64,000 nucleotides of DNA, from assembly GCA_021733945.1 (NCBI GenBank), contig JAIPJX010000008.1:12975-76974 (forward strand), given 5' to 3'. The position numbers were made by a program, and so were the translations under genes. How positions within the stretch are numbered: position 1 is the first letter of the stretch; every line of letters starts with the position of its first letter. This document shows positions 1 through 7,659 of the stretch, piece by piece. The notes under the pieces were generated by a model, which saw only the letters and a list, made by a program, of their open reading frames with translations, had not been told where the DNA came from and did not search any database. The DNA comes from Verrucomicrobiota bacterium. Lineage in GTDB: Bacteria > Verrucomicrobiota > Verrucomicrobiia > Limisphaerales > SIBE01.

Positions 1-323
1 TGAGGCCGCAACTCTTCGAGCCGGACGCATGGCCTGTCGGGCAGGGGCTGTTCTCGTCCCAGAGTTCGGTTTCAGTGGACCGACTGATGGGTTGTGATTC
101 AGTCCGATCCACTCAGCACAAACGGGGCCGAAGCCGAGGGTGGGCGGTTTTCCGGAATGGGAGCAGGCACCTGGAGGTGGTTTGGGTTGTCCGGCCAGAT
201 TGAGAGGGGGTAAGGGCGGTGGAGGGGGAAAAAAGATCGTGGTGCAGCAGGGTGGGTGGCAGGTTTTTCCGCATGCGCGTGAAGGAACCGGTGATTTGGT
301 TGGTTTTTTCCTGTTTTGGTGTG

Positions 324-339
324 TGGCACGTACCGTGCT
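324..339 (+). promoter_or_regulatory. sigma-54 (RpoN) -24/-12 promoter of the flgB operon
   Basis: TGGCACGTACCGTGCT matches TGGCACG-N4-TTGCW at 11 of 12 defined positions with exact GG-N10-GC spacing. It ends 24 nt before the flgB ATG. Almost the same 16-mer precedes flgF on the other strand. Confidence 0.7.
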
Positions 340-363
340 GAGGGGTGCAGGGTATATTTGGTT

Positions 364-744
364 ATGATTGAAGGACTCTTTTCAAGTAGCAGCTATCAAG
401 GGCTGCAGAAGATGATGGATGCCACGGTGATGCGCCAGGAGGCCATTGCCAGCAACCTGGCCCATGTGGAGACTCCGAATTACAAGCGGATCGACGTCGA
501 TTCGAGTTTTGGGTCCCAGCTGAGCGATGCCATCCGGTCCGGCAACAACACTGAGATCAAGCGGTTACAGCCGAGAATGATGGTGGACAAGGCAGCCTTG
601 GCGGCAAACCGGGATGGGAACACGGTGCAACTGGAGGAAGAAATGCTTTTGATGCAGAAAAACTCGATGGCTCACCGCATGCAGACACAGTTCATCTCCG
701 GACGTCTTTCGAAACTTAAAAGCGCAATTCAAGGAAAAGCCTGA
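364..744 (+). CDS. flgB: flagellar basal-body rod protein FlgB
   Basis: Translation ...RQEAIASNLAHVETPNYKRIDVD... and first position in a flgB-flgC-fliE array. ATG 364 is preferred over the track's TTG 316, which would overlap the sigma-54 promoter. Confidence 0.85.
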   Translation: MIEGLFSSSSYQGLQKMMDATVMRQEAIASNLAHVETPNYKRIDVDSSFGSQLSDAIRSGNNTEIKRLQPRMMVDKAALAANRDGNTVQLEEEMLLMQKNSMAHRMQTQFISGRLSKLKSAIQGKA

Positions 745-1172
745 TGATTAACATAATGCCAGGACTCGGGAGTGCGGCTTCTGCACTCAGTGCCGAAAAA
801 ATCCGGATGGAGGTGATCGCCCAGAACATTTCCAACGCCAACGTTACCAAGACCGCCTCCGGCAAGCCCTATGAACGGCAAGTGGTCGAATTTGAGGCGG
901 TTCTGAATCAAAAGGTTGGGTTCGGTTCGGATTCCGCACCGGAGTTGGTGAAGGCCGCGCGGATCGTGGGGGACGGACGGCCGCCCAAGACGATGTTCCA
1001 GCCCGGGCATCCGGATGCCAATGAAGCCGGAATGGTCTCCTATCCGAACATCGCGATTCACGAAGAAATGGCGGACATGATTGCCGCTTCACGGGCCTAC
1101 GAAGCGAATCTGGCGGTGATCAAGAACGCGCGTTCGATGGCGCTTCAGACTCTTTCCCTGGGGCAACGTTAG
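744..1172 (+). CDS. flgC: flagellar basal-body rod protein FlgC
   Basis: 142 aa. N-terminus ...MEVIAQNISNANVTKT... and C-terminus ...SYPNIAIHEEMADMIAASRAYEANLAVIKNA... are typical FlgC. The start overlaps the flgB stop (TGATG). Confidence 0.9.
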   Translation: MINIMPGLGSAASALSAEKIRMEVIAQNISNANVTKTASGKPYERQVVEFEAVLNQKVGFGSDSAPELVKAARIVGDGRPPKTMFQPGHPDANEAGMVSYPNIAIHEEMADMIAASRAYEANLAVIKNARSMALQTLSLGQR

Positions 1173-1190
1173 TCGGGTTAAAAAAACTTT

Positions 1191-1574
1191 ATGAATCCCA
1201 TAGCAGCAGGCGGCGGGTTTTCGGCAGACGCACTCGCCCTGTATCGGCAGGAATTGCTGACACGTCAGCAATCACCCGGTGGGCTGGATCCGATGTCCAA
1301 TCCGGCGATTCCGTCGATTGGACCGGAGGGGGTTGTGCCGTCCCAGACACCGGTGGTCGGTTTCGACAGTCTGCTGGGAAATTTTGTTCAGGAAGTCAAC
1401 ACGAAGCAGGTGGCGGCCGGGGATGCCGTCACCGGGCTGTTGAGTGGGAAGGATGTTCCCCTCCACCAAGCCATGATTGCGATGGAAGAGGCCAGCGTTT
1501 CCTTCCAGCTGATGGTCGAGGTCAGGAATAAACTGTTGGAGGGCTATCAGGAGCTGCTCCGCATGCAGGTCTAA
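1191..1574 (+). CDS. fliE: flagellar hook-basal body complex protein FliE
   Basis: 127 aa. C-terminal ...LHQAMIAMEEASVSFQLMVEVRNKLLEGYQELLRMQV is the FliE signature. Position after flgC. Confidence 0.85.
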   Translation: MNPIAAGGGFSADALALYRQELLTRQQSPGGLDPMSNPAIPSIGPEGVVPSQTPVVGFDSLLGNFVQEVNTKQVAAGDAVTGLLSGKDVPLHQAMIAMEEASVSFQLMVEVRNKLLEGYQELLRMQV

Positions 1575-1641
1575 GGCGGTGGTGGGACCAGGGCTGGAAC
1601 AAATTTTACGACTCAAACATTCATCGAACGCGAAATAACGG

Positions 1642-3369
1642 ATGCACGCTATAAGGTTATTAGGTCAGCAGCTGGGAAAGATCTGGAGTCAGCTCGGCAT
1701 CAACCAGCGGGTGACGATTGTCATGTCCGGTTTGGTGGTGTTCGCGGCGCTGTTCGGGTTGGTGTTTTGGTCGAGTCACCCGGATTACAGCCTGTTGTTT
1801 GGGCGGATGGACCCGACGGAAGCGGGCCGCGTGATCAGCGAATTGGAAGAGATGAATGTTGACCACAAGATTGGTGCCGGGGGCAGTTCGATCTACGTTC
1901 CGCGGAATGAGGTGCATCGGGTTCGGATGCAGTTGGCCACCAAGGGTCTGCCGGCTGCCTCGGGAGTTGGTTTTGAGATTTTCGATAAACCTGCGTTCGG
2001 CATGTCCGATTTCGTGCAGCAGGCGAATTACCTGCGGGCCATTCAGGGAGAGTTGGCCCGGACGATCGGAGAGATTGAGGGTGTGGATTCGGCTCGGGTG
2101 ATGGTTGTGAAGCCAGAGAGTCGGTTGTTGATTGATCCGAAGAAAAAGACCACCGCCTCGGTTTTTCTGAAGTTGCGCAGCTCCGGGGCGATTGACGGGA
2201 CCGCCGTCAATGCGATCCGGTATCTGGTGGCCAGTTCCGTGGAAGGTCTGAAGCCGGATCAGGTTTCGGTGGTGGATAATGCGGGCAATGTGCTTTCCGA
2301 GGTGGGTGAAGAAGGTTCCATGCACGCCATGAGCTCCAGTCAGTTTGCGGCCCGGCAGCGGGTCGAACAGTATTTGCAGAACAAGATTCGAGTGCTTCTC
2401 GAAGGCTTTCTGGGTCGCGGTCAGGTGGTGGTCAGTGTCGCCGCTGAGATCAACAACGAGACGATCACCAAGACGGCCGAGTATTATCCGAAAGAGGGGG
2501 GGGTGGCCCGGTCGACGACCAAGACCACGGAGACCACCGATACGGTCGTTCCCAAACCCGGTGGTGTTCCAGGCACTTCGATCAACGCTTCAGTGGATAC
2601 GAACGCGATCGCCTCGGCCACCCAGAACAACCGGACGTCGCGGGAGGACTCCACGGATGAGTATGCGGTGAGTCTTTTCAAGACGAATCTGGTGCGTACG
2701 GCGGGCAACATCAAGCGGGTGACCGCCTCCGTGTTTGTCAATACGAACGACAACCCTGCCATTACCACGCAGATGAAAGAGTTGCAGCAGGCGGTGGCCA
2801 ACGCACTCGGCATGGAGATTCCGGATGGAACCGAGGTTCAGGCGGCTGATGTGGCGATGAGTTTTGTTGGTTTCAGCACGAAGGAGGAGTCCGAGCTCAA
2901 GCTGCAGATGGATAACGATGAGAAGACCGAGCTGATGTGGCGGGTTGGAAAGAACGCGACCTACGTGCTGCTGGGTTTGACTGCTCTGATTGGATTTTGG
3001 AGGTTGGTGAAGAATTCGAGCGAAGAACTTTTACCAACAGGGATTCCGGTGGGTCAGCTCATCGGAGGCCAGTTGGTGTATGAAGCCCCGACGATGGCTC
3101 CCGGTATGGCGATGTCTTCCGGTGTGGTCCAGGGATCGCCGGATCAGAGAATCGACGAGATCATGCCCGAGGACGAGGATGTCGAGGAGTTGCAGGCTGC
3201 CAAGTCGAAGATGGTGATGGACTTCGGTCTGGGTCAGCAGGCACCGGAGCGCATCACGATCGAGGTGCTCAAGCAGTTGATTCGTGAGAATCCTGCCAAG
3301 ATGAGTCAGGCGGCACGCACCTGGATGGCCCGCAAAGCGCGTCCGGATGACAACGAATCCTATCAATAA
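1642..3369 (+). CDS. fliF: flagellar M-ring protein FliF
   Basis: 575 aa. N-terminal TM (VTIVMSGLVVFAALFGLVFW), YscJ/FliF ring region (ANYLRAIQGELARTIGEIEGVDSARV), second TM (ATYVLLGLTALIGFW). Follows fliE. Confidence 0.9.
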   Translation: MHAIRLLGQQLGKIWSQLGINQRVTIVMSGLVVFAALFGLVFWSSHPDYSLLFGRMDPTEAGRVISELEEMNVDHKIGAGGSSIYVPRNEVHRVRMQLATKGLPAASGVGFEIFDKPAFGMSDFVQQANYLRAIQGELARTIGEIEGVDSARVMVVKPESRLLIDPKKKTTASVFLKLRSSGAIDGTAVNAIRYLVASSVEGLKPDQVSVVDNAGNVLSEVGEEGSMHAMSSSQFAARQRVEQYLQNKIRVLLEGFLGRGQVVVSVAAEINNETITKTAEYYPKEGGVARSTTKTTETTDTVVPKPGGVPGTSINASVDTNAIASATQNNRTSREDSTDEYAVSLFKTNLVRTAGNIKRVTASVFVNTNDNPAITTQMKELQQAVANALGMEIPDGTEVQAADVAMSFVGFSTKEESELKLQMDNDEKTELMWRVGKNATYVLLGLTALIGFWRLVKNSSEELLPTGIPVGQLIGGQLVYEAPTMAPGMAMSSGVVQGSPDQRIDEIMPEDEDVEELQAAKSKMVMDFGLGQQAPERITIEVLKQLIRENPAKMSQAARTWMARKARPDDNESYQ

Positions 3370-3386
3370 AGGAGCCAGGAACGCAC

Positions 3387-4403
3387 GTGGATCAAGAACT
3401 CGAAAGACATGGCGGCAAGCCGATGATGACCCAGCTGCAGAAGCTGGCGGCACTGATGATTCTTCTGGGTGAAGACAGTGCGAGCATCATGCTCAAGAGC
3501 TTCGATGACAATGAGCGGGAGTTGATCTCGTCCGAGATGGCCAACCTGCCGCTGATGACCCTGGAGGAGCAGACTTCGGTGCTCAAGGAATTTACGGAGA
3601 TGGCGTTGCAGGCGAATGCAGCGCTGGGTGGATCTGTCGAGTATACAAGGGCCGTTTTGGAAAAATCGGTCGGTCTGTTCAAAGCCGCGGAGATCATCGG
3701 CCGCGTTTCCACCCGGAGGACTTCCGTGGCGACGATGCAGCAGATCATCGACATGGAGCCGCTGGCGATTGTCAACCTGATCAAGGAGGAACAGCCTCAG
3801 ACCATTGCTCTGGTGATCAGTTATCTGACGGCGCAGAAGGGTGCGGATGTTTTGCTGAACCTGCCGGAGCATCTGAGTGAGCAGGTTGTGGAACGGCTCG
3901 CCACACTTTCATCCACTCCGATTGAGGTGGTTGAAACGGTGGGTGAAGTTCTTTCCAAGAAGATCGGTGCGAAGATGTCCCGGGCGTTGAATCAAACCGG
4001 CGGCGTGAAGTCGGCGGCTGCGGTGCTCAACGTCATGGAGAAGCAGCGGCGGTTGGACATCCTGAACAAGCTGGATGAACGGACTCCCGAACTGGTCCGG
4101 TCGATCAAGATGAAGATGTTCACCTTTGATGACTTGGCGACGCTTGAGAGCAAGAGCATTCAGAAGATTCTGCGTGAGGTCGATTCCTCGACCCTGGCGA
4201 TCGCGCTGAGTGCGGCCAATGAGAATTTGCAGGCTGCATTGCTTGGATCGATTTCCAAGCGCGCGGCTGACACGGTCAAGGACGAGATCGCGAATCTGGG
4301 CCGTGTGGTGCTTCGCGAAATTGAACAGGCGCAGGACAGCATTATCGATGTGGTTCGCAAACTGGAAGCCGAGGGTGAGATATCCCTCGAAGGAGGAGGG
4401 TAA
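3387..4403 (+). CDS. fliG: flagellar motor switch protein FliG
   Basis: 338 aa. C-terminal torque region MKMFTFDDLATLESKSIQKILREVD and ISKRAADTVKDEI. The start is either GTG 3387 (after AAAGGAG) or ATG 3423. Confidence 0.9.
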   Translation: MDQELERHGGKPMMTQLQKLAALMILLGEDSASIMLKSFDDNERELISSEMANLPLMTLEEQTSVLKEFTEMALQANAALGGSVEYTRAVLEKSVGLFKAAEIIGRVSTRRTSVATMQQIIDMEPLAIVNLIKEEQPQTIALVISYLTAQKGADVLLNLPEHLSEQVVERLATLSSTPIEVVETVGEVLSKKIGAKMSRALNQTGGVKSAAAVLNVMEKQRRLDILNKLDERTPELVRSIKMKMFTFDDLATLESKSIQKILREVDSSTLAIALSAANENLQAALLGSISKRAADTVKDEIANLGRVVLREIEQAQDSIIDVVRKLEAEGEISLEGGG

Positions 4404-4406
4404 TTT

Positions 4407-5063
4407 ATGATTAATGTCGCACAGAATCCAGCATTACTGGGATACCTTCGGGATATCCGTTTGTCGGGCATCAAACGCCAGACCAAGCGGGAGGATGGAT
4501 ACGCGGCTCGGGGCGCGAATCGTCAGGGCGATGCTTCCGACGAATCCGGGGAGGCGAAGACTCCAGGGTTCGAGCGCGGGCGCAAGGAAGCGGAACAGCA
4601 GTTTGAGCGCCGTGTGGAGGAGTTGAAGAGTGAATGGGAGGCGGAGCACCGAACCGAGGTGGTTCAGGCCCTGGAGACATTAAACACGAGCATTCACAAG
4701 CAAATGTCCGAGGTCTTCAAGTCTCTCGAGAAGCACATGATGATGCTGGCCGCTGAAGCGGCCATCCGTTTGACAGCGGGGATTCCCGTGACGTCGGACA
4801 TGGTGGAGGCTTGCGTGCGCGAGGCTGTCGCCCCGGTCGAGAACGATTCGGAAGTCATGATCATTTTGAATCCCGAAGACTATGCCCTGCTTGAGCAGCA
4901 TCAGTCGAGCCTCCTGAACCGGGCTGGGGCTCATCCGGTATTTAAATTCCGCAGTGATGCGAAGATCGCTCGCGGCGGTTGCCTGGTGGAAACGAAGTTT
5001 GGTGAGCTGGACGCACGCCGGGAAACCAAGATCGAATTGCTTAGGAAGGCCGTTAACGAATGA
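4407..5063 (+). CDS. fliH: flagellar export ATPase regulator FliH
   Basis: 218 aa. Charged coiled-coil N-half and FliH-type C-terminus (IILNPEDYALLEQ..., GGCLVETKFGELDARRETKIELL). The stop overlaps the fliI start (ATGA). Confidence 0.75.
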   Translation: MINVAQNPALLGYLRDIRLSGIKRQTKREDGYAARGANRQGDASDESGEAKTPGFERGRKEAEQQFERRVEELKSEWEAEHRTEVVQALETLNTSIHKQMSEVFKSLEKHMMMLAAEAAIRLTAGIPVTSDMVEACVREAVAPVENDSEVMIILNPEDYALLEQHQSSLLNRAGAHPVFKFRSDAKIARGGCLVETKFGELDARRETKIELLRKAVNE

Positions 5064-6457
5064 TCAAATTGGTCGACGACTCGGGAACGGCCCCGTCCTT
5101 AATGGAGGGGGCCCGTTCGCGTTTACGGTCGTTGTCCCTTGTGGAACGTCACGGCCGGGTCGTGCAGATGATCGGTCTGGTGATCGAGTCGCGTGGACCG
5201 ATGTCGGCGATCGGGGACATTTGCCAGATTGAATCGGCGTCGAGTTCCGAGGGGTTGCTGGCGGAGGTGGTGGGGTTTCGAAACGAAAACCTATTGTTGA
5301 TGCCGCTGGGTGAAGTGACCGGCATTCATCCGGGAAGCCGGGTGATTGCGACCGGGGCGCCGCTTCGAATTCCCGTGGGGCCCGAGCTCATGGGCCGGGT
5401 GATCGACGGCTTGGGCAATCCGATGGACGATTTGGGCCCGATCCCGAGCCAGCTTCTGGAGGATCTCAATCTCACGGCACCGCATCCGCTCAAGCGGGAC
5501 CGGATTACCGAACAGTTTCGGACCGGGATCAAGGCGATCGACACCTTTGCTCCGTGTGGACGCGGACAGAGGATGGGAATTTTTGCCGGTAGTGGTGTGG
5601 GAAAATCGACCCTTCTGGGCATGATGGCCAGTCGGGCGGAGGCCGAAGTGAATGTAATTGCCCTGATCGGGGAGAGGGGTCGCGAAGTGCGCGAGTTCCT
5701 TGAGCGGGATCTGGATGAAGCGGGCAGGGCGAAGTCCGTGGTGGTGGTGGCGACTTCCAATTCGCCGGCGCTGGTGCGGGTGAGGGCGACGTTTTTGGCG
5801 ATGACCATCGCCGAGTATTTCCGGTCTGAAGGCAAGAATGTGTTGTTGATGATGGATTCGGTCACGCGGTTTGCGATGGCGCAGCGTGAGATCGGTCTGG
5901 CTGTGGGGGAACCCCCGACTTCGCGGGGCTATACTCCGTCTGTGTTTGCCCTGCTGCCGCAGCTTCTGGAACGTGCGGGAAACGATGATCAGGGATCCAT
6001 TACAGGTCTGTTTACCGTGCTGGTGGAAGGGGACGACATGAACGATCCCATCGCCGATGCGGCGCGGTCGATTCTGGACGGGCATCTGGTCTTGACTCGC
6101 GAACTGGCCGCTTTGAATCATTACCCGGCGATTGACATTCTGGACAGCGTCAGCCGGTTGACCCGCGATCTTTTGACACCCGATCAGGTTCGTTTGGTTG
6201 GGTTGGCACGGGAAGAGCTAGCAGTGTATCGGAAGAATCAGGATCTGATTACCATTGGCGCCTATGTGGGGGGCAGTAATCCGATGATCGATAAAGCGAT
6301 CCGGCTGCAGGCACCGTTGATTAAGTTCCTTCGGCAGGAAGTGACCGAGTCAAAGTCCATTTCAGAGAGTTGGCAATTGCTTCAGGGTGCCCTGACGCAA
6401 CCGGCACCGCCGCCGCCTCAGGGTCGGCAGGGTGCTCCGGCAGGCCGGCAGGGTTAA
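5060..6457 (+). CDS. fliI: flagellum-specific ATPase FliI
   Basis: 465 aa. Walker A GSGVGKST, Walker B LLMMDSVTRFA, F1/T3SS ATPase pattern throughout. Confidence 0.95.
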   Translation: MIKLVDDSGTAPSLMEGARSRLRSLSLVERHGRVVQMIGLVIESRGPMSAIGDICQIESASSSEGLLAEVVGFRNENLLLMPLGEVTGIHPGSRVIATGAPLRIPVGPELMGRVIDGLGNPMDDLGPIPSQLLEDLNLTAPHPLKRDRITEQFRTGIKAIDTFAPCGRGQRMGIFAGSGVGKSTLLGMMASRAEAEVNVIALIGERGREVREFLERDLDEAGRAKSVVVVATSNSPALVRVRATFLAMTIAEYFRSEGKNVLLMMDSVTRFAMAQREIGLAVGEPPTSRGYTPSVFALLPQLLERAGNDDQGSITGLFTVLVEGDDMNDPIADAARSILDGHLVLTRELAALNHYPAIDILDSVSRLTRDLLTPDQVRLVGLAREELAVYRKNQDLITIGAYVGGSNPMIDKAIRLQAPLIKFLRQEVTESKSISESWQLLQGALTQPAPPPPQGRQGAPAGRQG

Positions 6458-6460
6458 CGT

Positions 6461-6919
6461 ATGAAGCCATTTCGATTTTCGTTGCAGGCGGTTCTGACGA
6501 TTCGGCAGAACCAGGAGCGCAAGGCTTTGGAAGCCTTTGCCCTCGCGCAGCGGGCGTTTGCCGAGGCCGAGGCCCGGCTGCAGGCCATTCGCAGCGAAAT
6601 CGACGAGCTGCACGGAGCGCGTCGGGATGTATTCGTCCGATCGGTTTCGTCAGAGAGTCTCCAGGTGATGCAGCACGGATTGAGGGCATTGCAGAACCGG
6701 ATACCGGCTGCTCAGGAGCAGGTCGAAAAGGCGCGGGGTGTTGCGGTGCGGAGATCTGCAGAACTTCTGGAAGCTCGCAAGCAGAGGGAAGTGGTCGAGA
6801 AACTGTATGACAAACGACGCGCTGCTCACGCGGTGGATGCGGGGCGGGCGGAACAAAAGGCACTGGACGAGTTTGCATCCTACAAATCCGCAGGTGGCCT
6901 CGCAATGAAATGGCAGTAG
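6461..6919 (+). CDS. fliJ: flagellar export chaperone/stalk protein FliJ
   Basis: 152 aa, all-helical and charged (FRFSLQAVLTIRQNQERKALEAF...), immediately after fliI. Confidence 0.7.
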   Translation: MKPFRFSLQAVLTIRQNQERKALEAFALAQRAFAEAEARLQAIRSEIDELHGARRDVFVRSVSSESLQVMQHGLRALQNRIPAAQEQVEKARGVAVRRSAELLEARKQREVVEKLYDKRRAAHAVDAGRAEQKALDEFASYKSAGGLAMKWQ

Positions 6920-6926
6920 AGATTTT

Positions 6927-7655
6927 ATGAAAAAAATTCTGACATCCAAATGGTTTGCGCTCGGAGTCGGAATGGTTCTTTTCCTCGTTGTGCTCCTGCT
7001 TTCGAGCGCACCCGGCGAGGCGGACTCCGCGGCTGGTGCCCACGAGGGCGAAGGGGAAACCTCGACGAACGAGCTGGCTGCCGTGGAGCACGAAGAGGTC
7101 GATTCACCCCTGCACAAGGCGGAGCAGCCGATTGTTGCTCCCCCGCCGCTGACCCCGCTGCCGATCACGCAGGTCGGGGATCCGGGTTCCCTTCGATTCA
7201 ACAATCCTGACATTCAGCAACTCGTTGAAGAGCTCCAGCAGGAGCGGCAGAAGCTGCGGGATTGGGAGACGGAACTTGAGGAACTGCGGAAACGGCTGGA
7301 ACTGGACAAGATGTCCCTCGGCACCATTACCCAGAAATTCCTGCAGGCCAAAGCCGATCTGGAGCATACGCTGACCAACCAGTTGACCATGACGGAGACC
7401 CGGGAGCAGAAACAGCTCAGGGATTTGTCGGTGGTCTACACCAACATGCCTCCCTCGAGTGCTGTTGAGATTCTTTCATCCATGGACGCCAACGATGTTG
7501 CGCGGATTCTTCAATACATGTGGCCAGCTCAAATGGCCTCGATTCTTGAGAATTTCGCAACCAACAAAACAGTGCTGAGCTATGAGGAAGGGAAAGCCAC
7601 CATGATCAGCGAGAAGATCAGAAGACTTTCCGAAGTGCCGGCCATCCCCAAATAA
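6927..7655 (+). CDS. YlxF/MotE-like flagellar protein (MgtE-N-like C-terminal segment)
   Basis: 242 aa. Hydrophobic N-terminus, coiled coil, C-terminal PPSSAVEILSSMDANDVARILQYM segment. Occupies the slot that ylxF has between fliJ and fliK in the Bacillus fla/che operon. Confidence 0.45.
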   Translation: MKKILTSKWFALGVGMVLFLVVLLLSSAPGEADSAAGAHEGEGETSTNELAAVEHEEVDSPLHKAEQPIVAPPPLTPLPITQVGDPGSLRFNNPDIQQLVEELQQERQKLRDWETELEELRKRLELDKMSLGTITQKFLQAKADLEHTLTNQLTMTETREQKQLRDLSVVYTNMPPSSAVEILSSMDANDVARILQYMWPAQMASILENFATNKTVLSYEEGKATMISEKIRRLSEVPAIPK

Positions 7656-7659
7656 TTTC

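Noticed and set aside
1-367. Possible 3' end of an upstream gene at the window start (frame 2 is open to a TGA at ~95-97), and track ORFs 99..329 (-) and 140..367 (+).
   Set aside because: Too short and too compositionally biased to call. The track ORFs overlap the G-rich tract and the sigma-54 promoter.
5291-7213. Minus-strand ORFs 5291..6121 (276 aa), 6321..7091 (256 aa) and 6650..7213 (187 aa).
   Set aside because: Antisense to fliI, fliJ and the ylxF-like gene. Compositionally biased translations.
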